Positions 37,669 through 48,902 of a stretch of DNA of 64,000 nucleotides are shown in pieces. The translations under genes were made by a program, and so were the position numbers. How positions within the stretch are numbered: position 1 is the first letter of the stretch; every line of letters begins with the position of its first letter. This stretch comes from Mobula hypostoma. Lineage: Eukaryota. The stretch is from NCBI RefSeq assembly GCF_963921235.1, contig NC_086102.1, forward strand, positions 34,720,001 through 34,784,000, written 5' to 3'. Under the pieces are notes generated by a model. The model did not search any database. It saw only the letters and a program-made list of their open reading frames with translations, and was not told the DNA's origin.

Positions 37669-39796
37669 TAGAATGTTTCATAGAACCATACCATAGAAAC
37701 TACAGCACAGAAACAGGCCCTTTGGCCCTTCTTGGCTGTGCCGAACCATTTTCTGCCTAGTCCCACTGACCTGCACATGGACCATATCCCTCCATACACC
37801 TCCCATCCATGTATCTGTCCAATTTATTCTTAAATGTTAAAAAAGAACCCGCACTTACCACCTCGTCTGGTAGGTCACTCCATACTCCCACCACTCTCTG
37901 TGTGAAGAAGCCCCTGCTAATGTTCCCTTTAAACTTTTCCCCCCTCACCCTTAACCCATGTCCTCTGGTTTTTTTCTCCCCTTGCCTCAGTGGAAAAAGC
38001 CTGCTTGCATTCACTCTATCTATACCCATCATAATTTTATATACCTCTATCAAATCTCCCCTCATTCTTCTACGCTCCAAGGAATAAAGTCCTAACCTAT
38101 TCAACCTTTCTCTGTAACTGAGTTTCTCAAGTCCCGGCAACATCCTTGTAAACCTTCTCTGCACTCTTTCAACCTTATTTATATCCTTCCTGTAATTTGG
38201 TGACCAAAACTGAACACAATACTCCAGATTCGGCATCACCAATGCCTTGTACAACCTCATCATAACATTCCAGCTCTTATACTCAATACTTCGATTAATA
38301 AAGGCCTATGTACCAAGAGCTCTCTTTACGACCCTATCTACCTGTGACGCCACTTTTAAGGAATTTTGTATCTGTATTCCCAGATCCCTCTGTTCCACTG
38401 CACTCCTCAGTGCCTTACCATTAACCCTGTATGTTCTACGTTGGTTTGTCCTTCCAACGTGCAATACCTCACACTTGTCAGTATTAAACTCCATCTGCCA
38501 TTTTTCAGCCCATTTTTCCAGCTGGTCCAAGTCCCTCTGCAGGCTCTGAAAACCTTCCTCACTGTCCACTACACCTCCAATCTTTGTATCATCAGCAAAC
38601 TTGCTGATCCAATTTACCACATTATCATCCAGATCATTGATATAGATGACAAATAACAATGGACCCAGCACTGATCCCTGTGGCACACCACTAGTCACAG
38701 GCCTCCACTCAGAGAAGCAATTCTCTACCACCACTCTCTGGCTTCTTCCATCGAGCCAATGTCTAATCCAATTTACCACCTCTCCATGTATACCTAGCGA
38801 CTGAATTTTCCTAACTAACCTCCCATGCGGGACCTTGTCAAAGGCCTTACTGAAGTCCATGTAGACAACATCCACTGCCTTTCCTTCATCCACTTTCCTG
38901 GTAACCTCCTCGAAAAACTCCAACAGATTGGTCAAACATGACCTACCACGCACAAAGCCATGCTGACTCTCCCTAATAAGCCCCTGTCTATCCAAATGCT
39001 TGTAGATTCTGTCTCTTAGTACTCCCTCCAATAACTTACCTACTACTGACATTAAACTCACCGGCCTATAATTTCCCAGATTACTTTTCGATCCTTTTTT
39101 AAACAACGGAACAACATGAGCCACTCTCCAATCCTCCGGCACTTCACCCGTAGACAGCGACATTTTAAATATTTCTGCCAGGGCCCCCGCAATTTCACAC
39201 TAGTCTCCTTCAAGGTCCAAGGGAACACTCTGTCAGGTCCGGGGATTTATCCACTTTAATTTTCCTCAAGACAGCAAGCACCTCCTCCTTTTCAATCTGT
39301 GCAGTTTCCATGGTCTCACTACTTGATTCCCTCAATTCCATAGATTTCATGCCAGCTTCCTTAGTAAATACAGACGCAAAAAACCTATTTAAGATCTCCC
39401 CCATTTTCTTTGGTTCCGCACAAAGCCGACCACTCTGATCTTCAAGAGGACCAATTTTATCCCTTACAATCCTTTTGCTCCTAATATACTTGTAAAAGCT
39501 CTTTGGATTATCCTTCACTTTGACTGCCAAGGCAACCTCATGTCTTCTTTTAGCCCTCCTGATTTCTTTCTTAAGTATTTTCTTGCACTTCTTATACTCC
39601 TCAAGCACCTGATTTACCCCGTTTCCTATACATTTCATACAACTCCCTCTTCTTCTTATCAGAGCTGCAATATCCCTTGAGAACCAAGGTTCCTTATTCC
39701 TATTCAATTTGCCTTTAATCCTGACAGGAACATACAAACTCTGCACTCTCAAAATTTCCCCTTTGAAGGCTTCCCACCTACCAATCACATCTTTGC
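37669..39796 (-). mobile_element. Relatively young 5'-truncated CR1-clade (HER1-like) LINE in PCNP intron 4
   Basis: Three long ORF2 pieces (39210-39842, 38306-39163, 37757-38263) with GVPQGSVLGPLLF and KFADDTK. 8-bp duplication CATGATCA at 37661-37668 and 39797-39804. Confidence 0.95.
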
Positions 39797-40449
39797 CATG
39801 ATCAACATATAAAAACGTGCAAGAACTGTAATTTGTACCCAACAGCCTTGAATCTTAGTTTTGTTACATATTGTTGGAAGTTATTCGTGTTAAAAGAGTA
39901 GCTAAGTTCAATGCAAATAAAGTAGTATTAACTGAAACATTTTCATGGTCTCAAATATTTAGCTTAATGTTTACATCATATTTTTACAGAAAAAAGTAAT
40001 TTTTTAAAAATTTGCTCTTTTAATTCAGAGAAACAGGCCCACCATATTCATGCCAACTGTGATATCTATGCTAAATGCATCTCTTTCACCTGAAACCTGA
40101 AAGTTTCCGTATTCCCTTTGTCCTTTCCAAAACTATGTCTCACATAATCCAGAAATTACTTAACCTCCGTAAATCTATTTCTTTGTCATTCTAAATGGCA
40201 GGAATGATAATGTAGAACTTCAGCAATAGTCCCTATATTTAAGTATATTATTTTCTATAGTTCTCATTATATTTGAGAGAACATTTGTGAACACTGATCA
40301 TTAAATTTGATCATATAGTTATGATAGGATTCCAGTGAGTGATATCTGTGATATATGTATAGTGACAAAGAAGTCAATGATTCAAACTAAATATTTATTA
40401 GAACTTAAGAACAGAGAATTCTGGAAACACTGTAAACCAGGCAGCATCT

Positions 40450-42245
40450 TTTACAAATATAAATATATAAAGCTGAAGAGGGTAGCTAAAATCAACGTAG
40501 GTCCCTTGGAAGATGAGAAGGGGAAATTGATATTGGGTGATAAGGAAATGGCTGAGGCATTGAACGACTATTTTGTGTCTGTCTTCACGGTGGAGGACAG
40601 GGCTAATATTACAAAGAATGATGTTGTGGATGAAATGGGAGGAGAGGACCTTGATAAAATCGCTGTCACTAAAGAGATAGTGATGAGCAAACTAGCGGGC
40701 CTGAAGGTAGATAAGTTCCTTGGTCCTGATGGGATGCATCCCAGGGTGCTGAAGCAATTGGCGGAGGTTACAGTAGACATGTTGGTAATCATTAATCAGA
40801 ACTCTCTAGACTCTGGGCAGGTCCCGGCAGATTGGAAGACAGCAAATGTCACACCACTTTTTAAAAAGGGATGTAGGCAAAAGAAGGGCAACTATAGGCC
40901 AGTTAGCTTAATGTCTGTAGTCGGGAAAATGCTTGAAGCTGTCATTAAGGAAGAAATAGCAAAACATTTAGAAAGGAGTGGTTCCATTAGACAGACGCAG
41001 CATGGATTCAGAAAGGGCAGGTCCTGTTTGACAAACTTACTGGAGTTCTTTGAGGACATAATGAGTGCAGTGGATAGAAGGGAACAGGTGAATGTCGTAT
41101 ACTTGGATTTCCAGAAGGTGTTCGATACGGTGCCGACAAGAGACTTATGAATAAGATACGGATGCATGGAGTCGGAGGAAGTGTATTGGCATGGATAGTG
41201 GATTGGTTAACCAATAGAAGGCAGAAAGTTGGTATAAGTGGGTGTTTCTCCGGTTGGCAGTCAGTGGTGAGTGGGGTGATGCAAGGGTCAGTGCTGGGCC
41301 CACAGCTGTTTACCATTTACATTGATGATTTGGAAGAGGGGACTGAGTGTAGCATAGCAAAGTTTGCTGATGATACTAAACTGAGTGGAAAAGCAAACTG
41401 TACAGAGAATGTGGAGAGTCTGCAGAGGGATGTAGATAGGTTAAGTGAGTGGGCCAAGGTCTGGCAGATGGAATACAATGTTGGTAAATGCAAGATCATC
41501 CACTTTGGAAGGAATAATGGAAGAACAGATTATTATTTAAATGGTGACAGATTGCAGCATGCTGTTGTGCAGAGGGACTTGGGAGTGCTTGTTCATGAAT
41601 CGCAAAAAGTTGGCTTGCAGGTACAACAGGTTATTAAGAAGGCAAATGGAATGTTGGCCTTCATTGCGGGAGGGATTGAATTCAAAAGCAGGGAGGTCAT
41701 GCTGCAACTATACAGGGTACTGGTGAGGCCGCACCTGGAGTACTGTGTGCAGTTCTGGTCTCCATACTTGAGGAAGGATGTACTAGCTTTGGAGGCAGTG
41801 CAGAGGAGGTTCACCAGGTTGATTCCAGGGATGAAGGGGTAAACCTATGAGGAGAGATTGAGTCATCTGGGACTATACTCTCTGGAGTTCAGAAGAATGA
41901 GAGGGGATCTTACAGAAACATACAAAATTTTGAAAGGGATAGATAAGATAGAAGTAGGAAAGTTGTTTCAGGGGAGATTTAGGACAGAGATGAGGAGAAA
42001 CTGCTTTTCTCAGAGTGGTGAATCTGTGGAATTCTCTGTCCAGGGAAGCAGTTGAGGCTTCCTCACTAAATATATTCAAGAAACAGTTAGATAAGTTTCT
42101 ACATAGTAAGGGAATTAAGGGTTATGGGGAAAAGGCAGGTAGATGGAGCTGAGTTTACGGACAGATCAGCCATGATCTTATTGAATGGCGGGGCAGGTTC
42201 GATGGGCCGGATAGCCTACTCCTGCTCCTATTTCTTATGTTCTTT
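40450..42245 (+). mobile_element. 5'-truncated CR1-clade LINE in PCNP intron 4
   Basis: ORFs 40335-41150, 41147-41842 and 41858-42055 carry RT motifs. 3' tail GCCTACTCCTGCTCCTATTTCTTATGTTCTT. Flanks resemble a split Penelope terminal-repeat remnant. Confidence 0.95.
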
Positions 42246-44454
42246 TCATGGAAATGAGAAAGAGTTGGCCTGCTGAGTGTTTCCATCATTTGTTATTTTT
42301 ACTTTGGATTTGTGGCATCTGACATTTTTTATTGATTTTCAATTTCTTCTCAGAAAAATGAAAGGAAAGGTACGTCGCATCCAGAGTTTCACTGGTTAGC
42401 GGACAATTTCCCTCCACACCTCTCTGACGTAGTGGGGAACAGCATCCAAGGCAAGTTACAGCAGTGGTTTGCCACTGCCTTCTGCTGGGTAAGTTTCCAA
42501 AGAAATCACCAGCTCGTACTAAAAACAAAGGGTAAGCACACACAGGAATGGGTTAACAGAGTGGCAATGCATCTATTTTCAAAGTTAAGTGGCTCATTAG
42601 GTTTAATGGTTTATTCTTGTTAACCAAAGCAAAAATAAGTGTTAATAATAAGTACAGTGAATTCTGTTATTACTTAACACCATCCACAATTTTAGTTGAA
42701 GCATACAATAACCTGTATGCTGAAAATCAAATGCATAGTGATATAAATTTAAAATATTTAATCCTTCCAAATTCTACAAATAGGGCAGATGCTATGAAGT
42801 AATAGGCAAATGCAAGATCTAGAAAAAGAAAATTCACTGTTATCTCCCTTCCTATTCAGGATGTGAGCCCAGGAAGAAGGCTATGCATCTTAGTGCTATG
42901 AATTAGTGTTACGCAGAAATGACATTACTGCTGTGTGGAGAATGTAGTGTGAGCCCTTGCCCTCCTTGCTGATATCACTCTTTCACTGCCCTGGGAGCTC
43001 AGCACTGCACAGCCTGAGTATATATCTTTATACTATATATATATTTTTCTTTTCAATAGTATAAGGATATGTACTCATGAGGACCACAGCTAAGATAACA
43101 ATTGAGGCTTCTGGAGTGTAGAGCTAAGGTGGCTACTGGGTGAATAGGTAAAGCAGGGTTGTGGAAGCTACATGATAATTGTGGTTCATACACAAATATA
43201 GGTAACTACCTTCAATTCCATATGCTTTTATTGTTCTTTAATTGCTGATGTCTTCAACATTTCTAACATTTATATGTAAATAATTCCATCTTTTTAAGTG
43301 GCTTAATAAAAATAATACCTGTAATATGGAAGCATCCCTAGTTTATGCTGAGCTATCTCCAGAATGATGACGAGAAGAGGAAAGGGAAAAGAATCAAGTC
43401 GCAAGGTTTGCACAGGGGCAAAATTTTAAAACTTGGGCACAAACGTGAACCCTGAATTGCTAAGTGGAATGCACATGTAGAATAATTATAGAACTTGACT
43501 AAAATAGATTTATAAGGACTCCAGATGGCAGTGGAGCTGAATGGGAACTGGAGTAGTTTCAGAACTGGTCTGGATCAGATTAGGACAGGTAAAATAGCAT
43601 TCTAAGTGAGAATTTGAAAGACATTATTTGCTTTGATGATTACAGCTAAAAATGCTTTGGTAGGTTATTTCTGTTTGAGGGAGGAACATTCTGAAGGTTT
43701 GATTTATGTACAAGTCTCATAGTTTAAAAAAATCTTTAAGTCAGGTTTAGGATGAAGAAAATGAAGGATGTATAGGGTTTGCAGCAGTGTGGATGATAGT
43801 AACCATGTTGTATATCAGATGTCATTTGGCATGCCCACTTATTATTCACTTTATATTCCACAGTTTATGACCCAAGTACTACATTTCGGGTTTACATGGA
43901 AAGTGGGAGACAGGCGCATGATGTGTTGAAGAAGGGCACAAGAAACAAGAGGCCTTGTGAGCTATGAGTCATTTTATATGCTCAGTGGTGCAGTCTGCCC
44001 CCATCACCTGGGAAATAATCTATTCCGACAGCACCAGGAAACTAGAGTAAAAGGCATACAGTTTTCATAGAGCAGACAGTTGAAAAATTGAGGTTTTTTT
44101 TGAGAGAGCTGAGTAACACTGCAGGTGGTGCAGCTGCTGGGAGCTGGGAGGGTGGAGGGATCACAAACTGGCAGTGAAGCCCTGAAAAGGGGAAACAGTA
44201 GCAGCTGGTGGATGGTCTGACTTCGAGACAAAGTGAAGCAAAAGGTTAGAGAATAGGCACAGGCTGGTTTAGAAAAAATTAGGGGGAAAAGGGGTCAGAG
44301 GAAAGAAGCTGAAAGGCAATTAGAGAAAAGGGAACAGAGGTACGGAATGTGGTGCAGGGACGCACCACAGGAAGACATTAGAAAGGGATATCTGCTCACC
44401 AGCAAGTTTGAACAGCAGAGCTCAGTCTACAATCATCTGGGACCCCCCTCAACA

Positions 44455-44910
44455 CTGAACATAGGAACACAAAAAATAGAAGCTGGAGTAGGCCATTTGG
44501 CCCTTTGAGCCTGCTCTATTATTTAACAAGTACATGCCTTATCTGGCTGTGGACTCAGCTTCACTTACCTACCCCTTCTCCATAACCTTAATTCCCCTAC
44601 TATGCAAAAATTAATCTGTCTTAAATATACCTAATGAGGTAGCCTCCACTGGGCAGAGTATTCCACAGATTCGCCACTCTCTGGGAAAAGAAGTTCCATC
44701 TTAAATCTACTCCCCAATATTTTCAGGTGATGTCCCCTAGTTCTAGCCTCACCTACCAGTGCAAACAACTTCTTTGCCTTGATCGCATCTAGTCCTTTCA
44801 TAACTTCTTGGTTCTATAAATTCCCCTTCCATTCCTCTGAGTTCTCCAAGTACAGTCTGAGGTAACCAATCTCTCCTCATAGGCTAACCCCTCATCTCTG
44901 AAATTGATCC
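44455..44910 (-). mobile_element. CR1-clade LINE 3' end fragment
   Basis: Reverse 3' tail GAACATAGGAACAC...GGAGTAGGCCATTTGGCCC and TTCCACAGATTCGCCACTCTCTGGG. Confidence 0.8.
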
Positions 44911-45177
44911 CTTGCTCATGACACCACACTAAAGCAAATTCGGTCACGGGCATTTTTTACTTCTCCTTGTGGAGTGGAAACGTACTATTCTCAGCCCCAA
45001 AGGTCTGCAAAAGGAGGCAGCACTGTTTGGTAGATGCAATGTTTCTAAGTTGACTGCTTCCAGGGAAACACTAGTGTAGATGGACATATAAGAGTTCCTT
45101 TACATGCTGATACTAAGACATTGGTAGGCGACTGTGCGAACATTTTAGACTGCAGCCATCAATTACAACATCCCTAC

Positions 45178-45233
45178 CTTCCCATATTCTTCATGCGCAT
45201 TTTTGCTTCTGGAGGCATTTCTTCTGGCTCACT
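45178..45233 (-). CDS. PCNP: PCNP coding exon 4
   Basis: Boundaries tttacag|AGT and GGAAG|gtaggg. Encodes SEPEEMPPEAKMRMKNMGR, 56 nt. Confidence 0.96.
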
Positions 45234-45944
45234 CTGTAAAGAGAGATAATTCCATTAAGCAATGTTATTTACAGATGTTATGGTCAAGCCGTTTCCATAA
45301 ATTTTATGTTGGAAGAATTGAGTATTCAAATTTTTTACGCTAAATTCTAACTGTAATTCAACAAATAATCTACTGGGTTGAGCAGCATCTGTAGGAGGAA
45401 GAATTGTCAAAGTTTCAGGTCAAAATCCTGCACATGGACCGATCCAGGTGAAATGTTGGTCTCTTACTGAACCCCTGCAGCAACAGTTCAGTGAGAAAGT
45501 AGCCATGCCCTGTAAGAAATCAATCCCATTTAGTGAATTAGCTTTGACTCTATGTATACTAAGGGCTTAAGTTTTTCTGTTATGAAATGGTAGCATAAAA
45601 ATGCTACAAAATGTAACTACTAAAAAACTGCACTAGTCATTTGGGAATTCTTAGACTCCGATTTGTAATCAAACAATAAAGTGAAAGAAAATTCTTGAAC
45701 AGTTCTAAAATCAGCAATTCATTGATATCTAAATCACTGTATTGGGATATGTATCCAAATGTTTAAAAAACTCAATGTTGATCTGAGACATGGGTGTCAT
45801 ACACAGATCACTGTTAACATGCAGACTAAGCATGCGAGTGGGGAGGTAAATCAGATGCTGACCTTTATTGCAAGAGAATTTGAATATAAAGGTAGAAATG
45901 TTTTTGCTCCATCATATGGAGCACGAGTGAGAGTATATAATGGA

Positions 45945-46600
45945 TTCAGGTTAATTGAATCATTGGTTAATTCGGGCAGCCCCTTGTTTGGGACAATTCT
46001 TAATGAACAAAAATTAAACAAGAAAATAGATGGGATTCTCTTTGTTCTCTTTGTTGCTAATTGGGGCAGGAGACTGTTGTCAAACAGCTTCCAATTAGTG
46101 TCAGTCGTATGCACTTGTGTGGCTGTTAGACACTACACCATGCTTGGTGAGAACAGTTTTTAAATAGCATCAGTTGTGTCTGTTTGTATTAAAAAGGTGA
46201 TTTTGTCACTAATAGTTGGCAAGAAACAAACAATTCAGAACTGTTTCGCTCACTACAGTTTCAAGTATTCAGGCCTAGAGATGCCAGAAACAGCCAGGAG
46301 TAAAAATGAAACAAATTCACTACTTCAACAAGTTAGGAACAACTGAGAATTTCAAGGTATCGACAATCATCTTGAATGTTACAATGAAAATGAAGAATTG
46401 GAGGATGCAAACAAGAGAAAATCTGCAGATGCTGGAAATCCAAGCAACACACACAAAATGCTAGAGTAACTCAGCAGGCCAGGCAACATCTAGGGAAAAG
46501 TGTACAGTTGACGTTTTGGGTGGAGACTATTCAGCAGGACAGATGGAGGTTGCAATCGTTGATAGCATTGTATGAAGGCATTCTATTATCTACAGTAGGC
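45945..46600. mobile_element. Probable DNA-transposon remnant (pogo/Tigger-like) interrupted by a Penelope-derived insert
   Basis: Repeated TTAATT/GGGACA-type subterminal motifs. Family assignment is tentative and boundaries are approximate. Confidence 0.4.
46411..46543 (-). mobile_element. Short Penelope-derived element with degenerate hammerhead
   Basis: Minus strand reads GTCCTGCTGAATAGTCTCCACCCAAAACGTCAACTG plus the shared tail. Flanked by TGGAGGATGCAA/TGGAGGTTGCAA (12 bp, one mismatch). Confidence 0.8.
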
Positions 46601-48068
46601 ATCTTCTCTAGAGTACTGAAGAACAAGGGGTGTTCTTATTAAAAGAGTTTTTTTTTAAAAATGAGACATAAAAAGGGAGACATTTCCATTGTCAATCTCA
46701 ATAATAAAGGATTGACTACTCAGATGAGAAGAGGAAGTGAATCTTTTGAAATGTCTATCCAAGAAGACTGTTGTATATCCAATACATAGATCTTGGAAGT
46801 TAAGAGGACTGGGAAGCTTTTAAAAAGCAACAGAAGGCAACTAAAAAAGTCATTAAGGCAAAGATGGAATATGAAAGTAAGCTAGTTAATAATACTGAAG
46901 AGGATACCAAAAGTTTCTTCAAAAATATAAAGTGTAAAATAGAGAACGTGAGTGGACATTGGACCACTGGAAAATGATGCTGGAGAGGTAGTAATGGGAC
47001 AACAAAATGGCAGGCGAACTGAATAAGTAGTTTGCATCAGTTTTCACTGTGGAAGACACTAGCAACATTGTGGAAGTTCTAGGTGTCAGGGAGCAGGAAG
47101 CATGTGAAGTTACCATAACTAGAGAGAAGGTTGTTGGGAAACTGAAAGGTCCGAAGTTAGGTAAGTCACTTGGACTAGATGGTGTACACCCCAAGGTTCT
47201 GAAATAGTTCCAGAAGACCGGAAAATTGCAAATGTTACTCCATTCTTCAGAAAGGGAAAGAGGCAGAAGAAAGGAAACTATAAGCTAGTTGGCCTGAACT
47301 CAAGTGTTTAGGAAGATGTTGGAGCAAATTATTAAGACTGAGGTCTGGGTACTTTGAGGCACATGATAAAGTAGACCATAGTTGGTATGGTTTCAAAGGA
47401 AAATCTTGTCTGAAAAATCTCTTGGAACTCTTTGAAGAAATAGCATTTAAAACTCCACAACGTGTTGTACCTTTGGATGCTGAAAAAGCGTTCGACCGAG
47501 TCAAATGGAAATATTTATTCAATGTTTTAGAGAAATTTGGCTTTGGTGCTAATTTTAATAATTGGATTAAAACGATATATAAAGCCCCTATTGCTACTGT
47601 TGTCATTAACAATTGTAGGTCTCCTTTTTTTCAGCTTTCACGGGGGACAAGGCAAGGCCGTCCATTAAGTCCTTTGTTGTTTAATTTAATATTAGAACCC
47701 CTTACTCTTCGTGAGGCTAAAAATATCCATGGGATTTTTGTGAATGAGACCATGCATAAGATCTCTCTTTACGCTAATGATTTATTGGTTTATATATCTA
47801 ACACTGATGAATCCATTCCTGCCTCGCTAAAATTATTTAATGAATTTGGAGGTTTTTCAGGATATAAAACAAATTTTAGTAAAAGTGAATTGTTTCCTTT
47901 AAATGATTCTGTCTCTATATATGATAATACTCCTTTTAAAGTTACAGATTCTTTTAGATATCTAGGTATTATATTTACTAAAAAATATAAGGATCTTTAT
48001 AAAGCCAATTTTGTTCCTTTAGTAGACTCTGTGAAGTACTTACTTAGTAGATGGAGTCCACTTACATT

Positions 48069-48203
48069 CTAGTCCTGACGAAGGGTCTCGGCCTGAAACG
48101 TCGACTGCACCTCTTCCTACAGATGCTGCCTGGCCTGCTGCGTTCACCAGCAACTTTGATGTGTGTTGCTTGAATTTCCAGCATCTGCAGAATTCCTGTT
48201 GTT
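48069..48203 (+). mobile_element. Short Penelope-derived element inserted in the L1, beginning at the hammerhead motif
   Basis: TSD TCCACTTACATT at 48057-48068 and 48204-48215. Removing the insert restores L1 WSPLTFSLVGRTHIVKMMILPK. Confidence 0.92.
48071..48106 (+). ncRNA. Minimal type I hammerhead ribozyme motif, core intact
   Basis: AGUC-CUGACGA-AGG(GUCUCGG)CCU-GAAA-C-GUC^GACU: stem I AGUC/GACU, CUGANGA and GAAA boxes, stem II, palindromic ACGU helix III and a GUC cleavage triplet (cut after 48102). Confidence 0.82.
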
Positions 48204-48741
48204 TCCACTTACATTTTCACTTGTTGGTCGTACTCATATAGTTAAAATGATGATTTTACCGAAATTTTTATATTTATTTCAGAATATTCCTGTTTTTTTT
48301 GACTAGGAAGTTTTTTGATCGGATTGATTCTATTATTTTATCTTTTATTTGGAATAATAAAAGACCAAGAATTAGTAAATGTCACTTACAAAAATTGAAA
48401 AAGGATGGAGGTCTTGCTTTGCTTAATCTAAGAATGTATTATTGGGCTGTTAATGTGCGATACCGCAAGGGGTACCGCAAGGCTCAGTGCTGGGACCCCA
48501 GTTGTTTACAATATATATTAATGACTTGGATGAGGGAATTAAATGCAGCATCTCCAAGTTTGCGGATGACACGAAGCTGGGTGGCAGTGTTAGCAGTGAG
48601 GAGGATGCTAAGAGGATGCAGGGTGACTTGGATAGGTTGGGTGAGTGGGCAAATTCATGGCAGATGCAATTTAATGTGGATAAATGTGAAGTTATCCACT
48701 TTGGTGGCAAAAATAGGAAAACAGATTATTATCTGAATGGT

Positions 48742-48902
48742 AACAAACAACAGGAATTCTGCAGATGCTGGAAATTCAAGCAACATACATCAAAGTTGCT
48801 GGTGAACGCAGCAGGCCAAGCAGCATCTGTAGGAAGAGGCGCAGTCGACGTTTCAGGCCGAGACCCTTCGTCAGGACTAACTGAAGGAAGAGTGAGTAAG
48901 GG
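48742..48902 (-). mobile_element. Short Penelope-derived element inserted in the inner CR1
   Basis: 14-bp TSD ATTATCTGAATGGT at 48728-48741 and 48903-48916. Near-identical inverted copy of 48069-48203. Confidence 0.93.
48843..48878 (-). ncRNA. Minimal type I hammerhead ribozyme motif, core intact, sense to PCNP pre-mRNA
   Basis: Reverse complement AGTCCTGACGAAGGGTCTCGGCCTGAAACGTCGACT is identical to 48071-48106. Confidence 0.82.

Noticed and set aside
47422-48072. 216-aa RT ORF as a single gene
   Set aside because: The first residues come from CR1 and the rest from a truncated L1 with a damaged catalytic motif (YAND). It is terminated by an insertion.
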